Below are positions 54,601 to 64,000 of a stretch of DNA of 64,000 bases, piece after piece. The translations under genes were made by a program, and so were the position numbers. The notes under the pieces were generated by a model. That model ran no database searches. It saw only the letters and a list, made by a program, of their open reading frames with translations, and had not been told where the DNA came from. This stretch comes from an uncultured cyanobacterium (lineage in GTDB: Bacteria > Cyanobacteriota > Cyanobacteriia > Cyanobacteriales > Nostocaceae), in contig CAVUDP010000002.1 of the NCBI GenBank assembly GCA_963740315.1, positions 2,656,001 to 2,720,000 of the forward strand, in the 5' to 3' direction. Within the stretch, counting starts at the first letter, position 1; every line of letters begins with the position of its first letter.

Positions 54601-54705
54601 TAAGTGCTTAGGCAAAATTAATTGTATATTGTCATTGCGAGGAACGAAGCAATCTCAATAACTTGAGGCTTTTAGAATGTTAAATTAATTTTGCACGACT
54701 ACTTA
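54601..54705. mobile_element. MITE-like element TAAGT...ACTTA
   Basis: Imperfect TIR; internal GTCATTGCGAGGAACGAAGCAATC shared with the 15182 element. Confidence 0.55.
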
Positions 54706-54785
54706 GCCGCATATAAACCCGACTTCTCCCATGAAAAGCCGGGTTTATCGAGTATCGCAACAATCCCTGTAGGTAGCACGATTAA

Positions 54786-56153
54786 CTATTCTTCAGGATT
54801 CCGATATCTCTTGTAGACTTCCATTGCAGCCAAGTAACATTCCTCAGCTTTTTGCAAGTTTTCATTTTTATCCCCACGAATCCGCCCTTTATAAGCATTA
54901 CCCAAATTATATTGAGTCATTGCCCATTGTTGGGGAACCAAATCCAGTTGATATACCTCTAAGGCTGCATTGTAAGACAGGATAGCGATTTCCATATTTT
55001 CAGACTTGTCGCCAGCAATGCGATCGCAATATACGTTACCCAAGTTATATTGAATCGTCGCCCATTGATACGGAAATACCGAACGTTGATACAAATCAAG
55101 TGCGGCGAAATAGTGTTGAATTGCTATTTCCAGATTTTCTGCTTTATCCCCATTTTCCTTTGCTTTATAAGCCGTACCCAAATTATTTTGAGTCATAGCC
55201 CAATCTTCGGGAAAAGTATCGCGCTGGTAGATTTCTAATGCACGCTCGTAACACTTGATACCTTCATCCAAATTATCTGCTTCGTCTCCAGTCATGCGTT
55301 CAACAAGGGCGTTACCAAGATTATTCTGGGTTCCAGCCCATTCTTCAGGGTAATTACCTCGATCGAAGTAATCTAACGCTATCTGATAACCAATAATTGC
55401 AATTTCTAAGTTCTCGGCTTTATTACCTAATGAGAACTGCTGAATTAATACACTAAAATTTACAATATCTATTAGAATGCTATACGCTATTGACGGCTGT
55501 ACTTTTTCTATAGTCTCGTTTACCCAGTCTTTGAGAACTTGAGCAAAATACGTATTTAGTTTATCTAAATTCGCAGCCAATAACGGATAAACAACCTTTG
55601 CATTACCCTTAGTATTGGAAATAGTCCGCAATACTTCAGCTAGAAAATCCAGATAATTTTGGGAAGGAATAGAGGCAGGTAAAGACTTTTTGATTCCTTT
55701 AGCCAAAGGCTGAGCAATACTTTGCAAAAATTCAGAAGCTTTTTGTTCGCCAATTTCTGCCATTATTCCTGCCACTTGCGCTAAAGTCAAAACGAATTGC
55801 GTATCAATTAAATCTTGATTTTTCCGCAATACTTCAGCTTCGGCTCCACTAGGGCAACTCATTAACGTTTCAACCAATTCCAAATAAGCAGATGGGCGAT
55901 CGTCTTCGGAATTGAACGTTTTTGTTGCTTGTGCTAACATACCCTTGAGTTCTTGAGCCAAATTATTTAAAAATTCAGCCGTTCCAGTTGAACCTTGTTC
56001 TTCAGCTTTGATGGCAATTTGTTCCATCACCATAATTAAATCTTCATCAACCAATTGTGTATTGGCTTTTAAGACTACAAATTCCTCTCCACTAGGACAC
56101 TTCAACAATTCCTTAATTAGAGCAATATACTCTCGCAGACGGCGTTCATCCAT
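54786..56153 (-). CDS. Tetratricopeptide repeat protein
   Basis: Repeats of WA.TQ.NLG.AY; duplicated N-terminal CPSG.E helical module. Confidence 0.88.
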   Translation of the reverse strand: MDERRLREYIALIKELLKCPSGEEFVVLKANTQLVDEDLIMVMEQIAIKAEEQGSTGTAEFLNNLAQELKGMLAQATKTFNSEDDRPSAYLELVETLMSCPSGAEAEVLRKNQDLIDTQFVLTLAQVAGIMAEIGEQKASEFLQSIAQPLAKGIKKSLPASIPSQNYLDFLAEVLRTISNTKGNAKVVYPLLAANLDKLNTYFAQVLKDWVNETIEKVQPSIAYSILIDIVNFSVLIQQFSLGNKAENLEIAIIGYQIALDYFDRGNYPEEWAGTQNNLGNALVERMTGDEADNLDEGIKCYERALEIYQRDTFPEDWAMTQNNLGTAYKAKENGDKAENLEIAIQHYFAALDLYQRSVFPYQWATIQYNLGNVYCDRIAGDKSENMEIAILSYNAALEVYQLDLVPQQWAMTQYNLGNAYKGRIRGDKNENLQKAEECYLAAMEVYKRYRNPEE

Positions 56154-56388
56154 GAGGGTGTATCTCCGTAAATTTAAGTTAATTTTTACACTCCAGCCCC
56201 AGTAACGTAATCGATATAAATACCTTACTTAAGTGCCTTGATACATTTGTTGCTACTTTTAGTAGATGACACAATTGCTAGGGTATGGAGCATTGGGCAT
56301 AGGAAGAAATTAATTTTTAACCACCAACAACTAACAACTAAAATAAAGATAGAATTTGTTGAGATTTGTATATTAAAGAGTTAATGCA

Positions 56389-57408
56389 ATGGCTGCTGCC
56401 GTTTTAGTTGAAAATTTAAAGAAGTCCTACGGCACAACCGAAGCCGTTAAGAATATTTCCTTTAAAGTTGAACGAGGGGAAATATTTGGTTTACTCGGTC
56501 CGAATGGCGCTGGTAAAACTACTACTCTGCGTGCTTTGTGTACTTTAACAACGCCGGATGCGGGCAAAATCGAAGTATCTGGGATTTCGGCAATAGATAA
56601 TCCCAAAGATGTCAGAAAACGTCTTGGCTATGTGGCTCAAGAGGTTGCTTTAGATAAGGTACTGACTGGAAGAGAATTATTGCAACTCCAAGCAGCGCTT
56701 TATCATATACCCGCAAAAGTATCAAAACAGCGGATTGAAAATGTTTTAGATTTACTCGGTTTACAAGAATACGCTAATAAAAAGACGGGAACTTATTCTG
56801 GTGGTTTACGCAAACGCTTGGATTTAGCTGCTGGATTGCTGCACTCACCCGATGTATTAGTATTAGATGAACCAACTGCGGGACTTGATATCGAAAGCCG
56901 TTTTGTAGTCTGGGAATTTCTGCGGAAGTTGCGAGAAGCAGGAACAACAGTATTAATTACCAGCCATTATTTAGAAGAAATCGATGCTTTAGGCGATCGA
57001 GTCGCAATCATCGATCGCGGTGAGGTAATTGCGACAGGAACACCATCACAATTAAAAGATAAAGTAGGGGGAGATAGAGTTACTCTCCGCATTCGGGAAT
57101 TTACCTCAGATGACGAAGCTCAAACAGCTAAAGATTTACTCACTTCTCTACCTTTTGTAAAAGAAGCAATCATTAACGGCGCTCAAGGTAACTCATTAAA
57201 TTTAGTCGTTAGCCAGCAAAATGATGCTTTGATTACTATACAGCAAGCTTTAAATAATGCCGGTTTACCCACTTTCGGTATTGCCCAATCTCGTCCTAGT
57301 TTAGATGATGTTTACCTCGCAGCAACAGGACGTACTTTAATGGATGCCGAATTTGCCGCAGTAGGAACTCGCGATATGAAAGCCGAAAAGAAACAAAGTA
57401 TGAAATAG
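56389..57408 (+). CDS. ABC transporter ATP-binding protein (DrrA-like)
   Basis: GPNGAGKTT, YSGG, LDEPT, SHY. Confidence 0.93.
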   Translation: MAAAVLVENLKKSYGTTEAVKNISFKVERGEIFGLLGPNGAGKTTTLRALCTLTTPDAGKIEVSGISAIDNPKDVRKRLGYVAQEVALDKVLTGRELLQLQAALYHIPAKVSKQRIENVLDLLGLQEYANKKTGTYSGGLRKRLDLAAGLLHSPDVLVLDEPTAGLDIESRFVVWEFLRKLREAGTTVLITSHYLEEIDALGDRVAIIDRGEVIATGTPSQLKDKVGGDRVTLRIREFTSDDEAQTAKDLLTSLPFVKEAIINGAQGNSLNLVVSQQNDALITIQQALNNAGLPTFGIAQSRPSLDDVYLAATGRTLMDAEFAAVGTRDMKAEKKQSMK

Positions 57409-57419
57409 AAATATAGAGA

Positions 57420-57685
57420 ATTGGGAATTGGTAGAGGGGGAAGAGGGGGAAGATGGGGGATGGGGGGATGGGGAGACAAGGGGATAAGGAGACAAGGGGA
57501 AATTAATTCCTAATTCCTAACTCCTCACTCTTAACTCCTAACTTTCAATACCCTTTAACTTTTAACCTTTAACCTTAATTACTCCCTACTCCCTACTCTC
57601 TACTCCCCACTCCCTACTCCTAACTCCTAACTTTTAATTCAAAATCCGTTGTTAAAATCCAAAATCTAAAATCTAAAATCCAAAA
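57420..57685. repeat. Mixed short tandem repeat field
   Basis: (TACTCCC)n, (AATCYAA)n and others between the ABC genes. Confidence 0.8.
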
Positions 57686-57690
57686 TTATC

Positions 57691-58587
57691 ATGAGCAGTA
57701 CAATTTCACCTCCTAAATCGGATATTAACTTGCAGCAGGTAGCATCGCCACAACTATATAGTGATGCTAATCAAAGTGCTTTTAGCGAGTTAACACAAGA
57801 AACTTTGGCGTTGACTCGTCGTCTATTTATTCAATTAAAGCGTCGCCCTTCAACCTTGGTTGCTGGAATTATTCAACCTGTAATGTGGTTGGTGTTATTT
57901 GGCGCACTTTTCCAAAATGCACCCAAAGGAATTTTCGGAAATACAACAAATTACGGTCAATTTTTAGCTGCTGGCATCATAGTTTTTACAGCTTTCAGTG
58001 GAGCGCTAAATGCTGGTTTGCCTGTAATGTTCGATCGAGAATTTGGCTTTTTGAATCGATTATTAGTTGCTCCTTTAACGTCGCGCTTTTCGATTGTTTT
58101 TGCTTCAGCAATTTTTATTATTAGTCAAAGTTTGCTGCAAGCAGCAGTGATTGTAGCGGCTGCGGCGTTTTTAGGTGCGGGTATTCCCAATGCAGCAGGT
58201 TTGGGTTTCATCGCTTTAATCGTGTTTTTAGTAGCTTTGGGTGTAACGGCTCTTTCGTTAGGTTTAGCCTTTGCTTTACCGGGACATATCGAGTTAATAG
58301 CGGTAATTTTTGTGACTAACCTACCGTTATTATTCGCCAGTACCGCTTTAGCTCCCTTATCGTTTATGCCTCAATGGTTGCAGGTTGTAGCAACAATCAA
58401 TCCTCTCAGCTATGCGATCGAGTCAATCCGTTATTTATACCAGCATGACAGTTGGGGATTAAATAGTGTAGTAATGCACGCTTTCTGGGGTGATGTAACT
58501 TTTGGCGGTGCAATACTAGTATTGTTAGGCTTTGCGGTTGTAGCATTATTAAGCATTCAACCCCGCCTACGACGTACTCTTGCGTAA
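57691..58587 (+). CDS. ABC-2 type transporter permease
   Basis: DREFGFLNRLLVAP, NPLSYAIE; about six TM segments. Confidence 0.92.
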   Translation: MSSTISPPKSDINLQQVASPQLYSDANQSAFSELTQETLALTRRLFIQLKRRPSTLVAGIIQPVMWLVLFGALFQNAPKGIFGNTTNYGQFLAAGIIVFTAFSGALNAGLPVMFDREFGFLNRLLVAPLTSRFSIVFASAIFIISQSLLQAAVIVAAAAFLGAGIPNAAGLGFIALIVFLVALGVTALSLGLAFALPGHIELIAVIFVTNLPLLFASTALAPLSFMPQWLQVVATINPLSYAIESIRYLYQHDSWGLNSVVMHAFWGDVTFGGAILVLLGFAVVALLSIQPRLRRTLA

Positions 58588-58628
58588 GATAGAAACATTA
58601 ATTAGAGTCATTAAAGGGGAAAAGAGAA

Positions 58629-59027
58629 ATGAAAATATCGTCACAGTTTAACAAACTAGTTGCTGCAACCGTTACCGGGCTTGGGATTGCTTGTTTAATG
58701 GCACCATCAGCCTTTGCTCAAACTAGCCCAGCTTCGGTACCATCGAGTTACCAAACTGATACCTTGAATACAAAGCAAGGTGATTCAGGCTCTTTTAACG
58801 GTACTCAAAATGGCAATTTTGACCCAATGTCTTTGATTCATCAGGCAAATTTTGGTACTTTAGATTGGCAAAATTTTTCTTCTCAGAATAATCAGCAAAT
58901 CAATTCTGAAGTAGGCTCTTTTCGTGAGAGACAGCAAAAATTACTTCAGCAACGTCTTCCTCAGCAGCAAAGAAATCAAGACTTTGCATTTCCAGTTTAT
59001 AAACCAGCGCAATCACCTGGGAATTAA
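58629..59027 (+). CDS. Secreted hypothetical protein
   Basis: Signal peptide ending SAFA-Q; Gln-rich. Confidence 0.7.
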   Translation: MKISSQFNKLVAATVTGLGIACLMAPSAFAQTSPASVPSSYQTDTLNTKQGDSGSFNGTQNGNFDPMSLIHQANFGTLDWQNFSSQNNQQINSEVGSFRERQQKLLQQRLPQQQRNQDFAFPVYKPAQSPGN

Positions 59028-59152
59028 AATTAGAACTATGTAGAGACGCGTTCACGAAGTGAGCCGAAGGCATTATTATATCGCGTCTAATTTTTCATTA
59101 TTGTAGAGACGCGATACTATGAACGTCTCTACATTTTTTATTGCTAATCTAG

Positions 59153-59590
59153 TTACAAACCCAAAGATTTTAGTACATCTTCAGCATGAGTACTGGTGTT
59201 AACACTAGAATCAACATTGGTTATTTTGCCTTCACCATCGATTACGTAGGTAACGCGCTTTGCATAACCGCCACCATCAACATCATAAGCTTTGATTAAC
59301 TCTTTGTTGCTATCGGCAAGCAAAGGAAAATTCAAATTATATTTTTGAGTGAAAGCTTGGTGAGAAACTTCATCATCTGCACTCACACCTAAAATCACGA
59401 TATCCTTGCTTTGATATTGTGACTGAGCATCGCGGAAGCTACAAGCTTGTTTGGTACAGCCGGGAGTATCGTCTTTGGGGTAGAAATATAAAACTACTGT
59501 CTTACCTTTAAAATCTGATAAAGAAACAGTATTACCCTTGGTATCTTTGGTTGTGAAACTAGGTGCTTGGGTTCCAGTTGGTAGAGGCAT
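59153..59590 (-). CDS. Peroxiredoxin (BCP/PrxQ)
   Basis: YFYPKDDTPGCTKQAC. Confidence 0.95.
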   Translation of the reverse strand: MPLPTGTQAPSFTTKDTKGNTVSLSDFKGKTVVLYFYPKDDTPGCTKQACSFRDAQSQYQSKDIVILGVSADDEVSHQAFTQKYNLNFPLLADSNKELIKAYDVDGGGYAKRVTYVIDGEGKITNVDSSVNTSTHAEDVLKSLGL

Positions 59591-59889
59591 AAGTTTAGTT
59601 TGATTTATTTGTATTGCACTGAGTATTTTATCCTAAATACTCGCCATACTTGCAACATTTATAAATTATTGATGAGTCTTAACTATTAGTAATGCCTCAA
59701 AGAAGTACCGTATCGATCGCAAACGACAAAATATAAAAAAAATCTATGCTGATGATAAAACCTACGCTATCTTTACGAAGAAGGTAAGCCCCATCTATTA
59801 AAAAAATATAAATATATATATCGAAAGTTTACCTAAATTATACGGAGATGTAATTTAAATAACTTACTTTTGATTTTTCAATAAGTAAC

Positions 59890-61092
59890 ATGAAAAATCA
59901 ATTTATTTATATAATAATGCTATCAAAAAAGATACAGTCTTATACGATAATCTTTTTCGCTTTTATTTGCATAATATATTTCATCCTATTTCTCTATTTA
60001 GATAAACTTCAATTTAATCCTATATGGGATGAACCAAATTTTTGGCAAACAAGTTTAATTTTTAGTCGTAGTTTAATGCCTCCTAAAACTTGGTTACAAG
60101 ATTACCAAGAATTAAATACACCGCTGCCATTTATCATTTTTGGATTTTTAGAATATTTATTTAAAGGTGGAATTTTCACTGGACGACTTTTTAATTTTTG
60201 TCTTTCGTTCTCGATCGCCTGCATTATTGGACTACCTATAAATAAGAAAAGAAAAGACGCATTTTTGGCTTTATGCGGTTTAATCTCATTCCCTTACTAT
60301 CTATGGCTCAGCGGACATCTTTATACGGATATTATTGCCAGCTTTTTTGTATTGATAGGATTTGTGTTTTATATCCGTTGTCAATATATTTTTAGCGGGA
60401 TTAGCTTTATATTAGCAATTGCATCGCGCCAATATATGTTGGTATTCCCTTTAGCGATCGCAGCTTATGAAATTTTCAGCTATTCGATCGCAATCAGATA
60501 CCAAAATCGCCGATATAAACCTCAACCGATTCGCATTCTTACACCACTGATTGCTTCATTCTCTATTTTCGGTTGGTTTTTGCTTTTTAAAGGAATAGCT
60601 CCTAAAGCTGCAATGGTACAACGCCCCATACCAGATGTTCAAGTGAATTGGTTATCACTTGAGCCAAATAGCAGCCTGTATTTTTTAGCTTGTGTTGGTT
60701 TATATTTTGTAATTCCAGAACTAATTTTATTTCGTCCTAAGTTTACCTGGCAAAATCTGTTGACGCGCAAGAATATATTTTTAGCTTCTATTTTATTGTT
60801 ACTGTTTATTCTTTTCCCACCTTTAAAAGCTCACGGAATTTTAATTAAGGTAGTAAGATTGTTACCAAGCGATTTTATGGTGTTGTCTCTATTTTATTTT
60901 TTAGGATTACTAACTTGTCTAAGATTTTCTAGCCGTCTCAATCTTGCTTTTTGGATTCTATTCGTCAACAGCGTCTTAATGATGAAAGCATATCCTTGGG
61001 ATAAATATCTACTTCCGCTGTTAATTATCTTCTGGTATCTAAAATCAATGGGGATGTTAAATAGATTTACTGATAACGCCAAAATTACTTAA
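59890..61092 (+). CDS. Polytopic membrane protein, GT-C glycosyltransferase-like
   Basis: DE motif after TM1, ELNTPLPF, LYTD, SRQ; paralog of 61493-62710. Confidence 0.6.
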   Translation: MKNQFIYIIMLSKKIQSYTIIFFAFICIIYFILFLYLDKLQFNPIWDEPNFWQTSLIFSRSLMPPKTWLQDYQELNTPLPFIIFGFLEYLFKGGIFTGRLFNFCLSFSIACIIGLPINKKRKDAFLALCGLISFPYYLWLSGHLYTDIIASFFVLIGFVFYIRCQYIFSGISFILAIASRQYMLVFPLAIAAYEIFSYSIAIRYQNRRYKPQPIRILTPLIASFSIFGWFLLFKGIAPKAAMVQRPIPDVQVNWLSLEPNSSLYFLACVGLYFVIPELILFRPKFTWQNLLTRKNIFLASILLLLFILFPPLKAHGILIKVVRLLPSDFMVLSLFYFLGLLTCLRFSSRLNLAFWILFVNSVLMMKAYPWDKYLLPLLIIFWYLKSMGMLNRFTDNAKIT

Positions 61093-61492
61093 ATTTAGAT
61101 TCATTTTTGCGATCGTCTAATTTTTCTCAAATTTATTTCCTTACTCGGTCAATAATCTTATGGCTTCAAGCTGTAGTCAAGCTGTAGGATTATGTATTTA
61201 ATATACTACGCTATATTGGACTCGGGATAATTCACATCATGAGCTATCCCGAACTATCTATTATCAAATATCAAAAATTTAATCAAATTTGCTTTTTTGT
61301 CGCATTTTACGTAAAGACGCTGATGTATACAATCTATATAGTTAGTTATAAATAAAACAAAATAATATACTATACTATTATTCTTCAATTATACGTAATT
61401 ATTGTTACTTTTATTTAGGTGTCTGCAAAAATAGACTCATATCAAAGCGTAACTTTCATAAATTTAAATGAAAATAAATAATATTTTTAGGC

Positions 61493-62710
61493 ATGAAGTC
61501 AAAAAAAACATACCCGTTTAATATATTCTTTTTAATATCTATAGCTATTGTTTACTTCATATTATTTATAGTTTTAAAGAAACTTCAATATCCTCCAGTA
61601 GCAGACGAGGGACACTACTGGGAAACAAGTTTACGATTTAGCTATAGTTTAATTCCTAATTTAGAATTACTTCGAGATTACGGCGAACTGAATACGCCGC
61701 TACCATTTATGATATTCGGAGGCTTAGAATATCTGTTTAAAGGAGGAATATTTGCGGGAAGATTTTTTAATTTAATTATTTCTTTTTTGATGAGTTGTCT
61801 TATTGTTTTACCAAGAGGTAGATTGACAAAAAAATCAATTTTAAGTGTATGTGGTTTATTATTGTTCCCTTACTATTTAATATTAAGCGGTCGTTTATAT
61901 ACTGATATTATTGCTACATTTTTTGTTTTGCTAGGATTTTGGTTCTATACTCGCTCTCAACATATAGTCAGTAGTTTTGCTTTTATCTTGGCAATTGCAT
62001 CGCGTCAATTTATGTTAGCTTTCCCTTTAGCTATTACTGTAGTTGAATTAATTAATTATGTAGTAACTAAATTCAGAATTTATCGATTAACAAAAGATGA
62101 TAATTTACAGTTAGAAAAAAATGATTTAACTAAGACTCGGATCGATCCTATTCGCTGGCTAATGCCATTAATTGCCTCGTTAACAATAGTCGGATGGCTA
62201 TTATTTTTTGAAGGTATAGCTCCTGAAACTGGAATGGCGGCGCGTACAGTACCAAAAGTGCAACAAAACTTATGGTCGATAGATTTGAGCGGCAGTTGGT
62301 TTTTTCTTAGCTGTGTAGGTTTCTACTTTGTCATTCCGGAGTTAGTTTTATTTCGTCCGAAAATTTTGTGGCGTAAGATATTAACTCGTAAAAACTTATT
62401 TATAGCCGTAACTTTACTGTTAATTATTCTGATTTTTCCGCTTTCACAAGGTCACGGAATATTTGTCAGATTGCTGCAATTTTTACCGAATGAATTGTTT
62501 AGGCTAGCTCTACTTTATGTTTTAGCTTTGCTTGCTTGCTTGAGATTTTCTCGGATTAATCTTGCTTTCTGGATTCTATTAATCCACTGTGGCTTGATGA
62601 TGAAGGCATACCCTTGGGATAAATACGTGCTTCCATTATTGGTAATATTTTGGTTTTTAAAATCAAGAAATATTTTAGATAGAAGAAGCTTGAGGAAATT
62701 GCAGTTATAA
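61493..62710 (+). CDS. Polytopic membrane protein, GT-C glycosyltransferase-like
   Basis: ADEGHYW, ELNTPLPF, LYTD, SRQ, MMKAYPWDKY. Confidence 0.6.
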   Translation: MKSKKTYPFNIFFLISIAIVYFILFIVLKKLQYPPVADEGHYWETSLRFSYSLIPNLELLRDYGELNTPLPFMIFGGLEYLFKGGIFAGRFFNLIISFLMSCLIVLPRGRLTKKSILSVCGLLLFPYYLILSGRLYTDIIATFFVLLGFWFYTRSQHIVSSFAFILAIASRQFMLAFPLAITVVELINYVVTKFRIYRLTKDDNLQLEKNDLTKTRIDPIRWLMPLIASLTIVGWLLFFEGIAPETGMAARTVPKVQQNLWSIDLSGSWFFLSCVGFYFVIPELVLFRPKILWRKILTRKNLFIAVTLLLIILIFPLSQGHGIFVRLLQFLPNELFRLALLYVLALLACLRFSRINLAFWILLIHCGLMMKAYPWDKYVLPLLVIFWFLKSRNILDRRSLRKLQL

Positions 62711-63274
62711 ATTATAGAAGATTTATTGAAATTGCTTGGCTTATAGTACTTCTAAAATACACATAATATTTCTTCAGCTTAAGATGGTATTTATACGTAA
62801 TCAAATTATGCTCATCCGTAACTATTAATTATCAAAATTGCACACAAGTTATACATTTAATTGATGAGAAGTACTAAATACAAACAGTTTTGATTGAAGT
62901 TAGTCTCGCTAAAAATGTAACCTGTGTTACATCATGACAATTGTTGAAATAGATGCCTAGAAGATAATTGTAGATTTTCGTGGTTCTTAATATATTTATC
63001 TATGTCTATATCTCTCATGTTTATCAAAACTTTATATTTGTAAAGCTAAGAATAATTTTTATTGAATGTGTTTTGAATTGCACCCGATTGCTTTTTAATA
63101 AGTAATCACGGTAATAAAAAGTTTACTTAGCAAAACCGTATTTTTCTTAATGTTCAAAAGCTAACTTAAATGTTGAATTTTATAGAGCAACAAGTAATTC
63201 ATCAAACTATTTTGAAGTGCAACGAATTAGACATAAATTGAACTTGCTGTAGAGTTATAAGGAATTAATTAACA

Positions 63275-64000
63275 ATGCATACTCCCGATCGAGTAAGTAT
63301 TTCAATAATCATCCCGGTACACAATGGAGGAGATAGTTTTCGTCAATGCTTGGCTAATGTTGCAGAATCAACGATCGCACCATATGAAGTAATTGTTGTC
63401 TCCGATGCAGATACGGATGGTTCTTGGTTGGTAGCGCAGGAATTCGGCGCAAAAGTAATCAGAATGCCTGTTAATGGAGGTCCGGCGAAAGCGCGTAATT
63501 TAGGTGCAAGTGTCGCCACTAGTGACATTCTCTATTTCGTAGATGCTGATGTGGTTATTTCTACTGATGCGATCGCTCAAGTCAAGAAAGCTTTTGAGAA
63601 TGAATCGGATTTAGCTGCTTTAATTGGTTCTTACGATGACTCTCCGGGAGCCAGTAACTTTTTATCGCAGTATAAAAATTTATTCCACCATTACAACCAT
63701 CAGATAGCGAGCGAAGAAGCCTTCACGTTTTGGGGTGCTTGTGGAGCAATCCGTCGAGAAATATTTATCTCTTTAGGTGGTTTCGATGAGAGTTATCGAC
63801 GACCGAGTATAGAAGATATCGAATTGGGCTATCGGATTCGACGATCTGGTTATAAAATTAAGCTCTTCAAGGATTTGCACGTAAAGCATTTGAAACATTG
63901 GGGTGTCGTTTCTTTGCTAAAAGCCGAAATATTCTACCGTGCTTTGCCTTGGACGGAGTTGATTTTGCGCCAACGTCAATTAAATAATGACTTGAATTTA
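63275..64000 (+). CDS. Family 2 glycosyltransferase, truncated by the window end
   Basis: Not in the ORF track; MHTPDRVSISIIIPVHNGG..VVSDADTDGS..GPAKARNLGA..FVDAD..GGFDE..IEDIELG. Confidence 0.92.
   Translation, partial: MHTPDRVSISIIIPVHNGGDSFRQCLANVAESTIAPYEVIVVSDADTDGSWLVAQEFGAKVIRMPVNGGPAKARNLGASVATSDILYFVDADVVISTDAIAQVKKAFENESDLAALIGSYDDSPGASNFLSQYKNLFHHYNHQIASEEAFTFWGACGAIRREIFISLGGFDESYRRPSIEDIELGYRIRRSGYKIKLFKDLHVKHLKHWGVVSLLKAEIFYRALPWTELILRQRQLNNDLNL

Noticed and set aside
1231..63528. Numerous 60-110 aa ORFs overlapping long genes
   Set aside because: Antisense or alternate-frame shadows of well-supported CDSs

Overview
Chromosomal window of a filamentous, probably heterocyst-forming cyanobacterium (Nostocales-like, judged from frequent HIP1 GCGATCGC sites, 7-8 nt tandem repeats and TTTTCCACA DnaA boxes). 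It contains oriC between dnaA and dnaN and housekeeping genes (proS, typA, rpmG-rpsR-RNase II, pilT, recQ, def, an HtrA protease, an ArsA ATPase). An accessory region spans about 5.6-30.7 kb. Its centre is an AT-rich three-gene operon (16545-24642, minus strand) that I read as a pPIWI-RE (divergent prokaryotic Argonaute) system: HTH/Zn-ribbon/PD-(D/E)xK nuclease, DinG-like Fe-S helicase, and pPIWI-RE protein. The operon lies between the 3' end of an AcrB-type efflux gene and a diverged second copy of that same 3' end. It has a promoter overlapped by a palindromic operator, and a hairpin lies upstream. The surrounding efflux/redox cluster is partly decayed and carries one shared TetR-like operator motif on both sides of the island. 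Several MITEs, gene remnants and two ALG10-like GT-C membrane proteins are also present. All family assignments come from motif recognition by eye; no searches were run.
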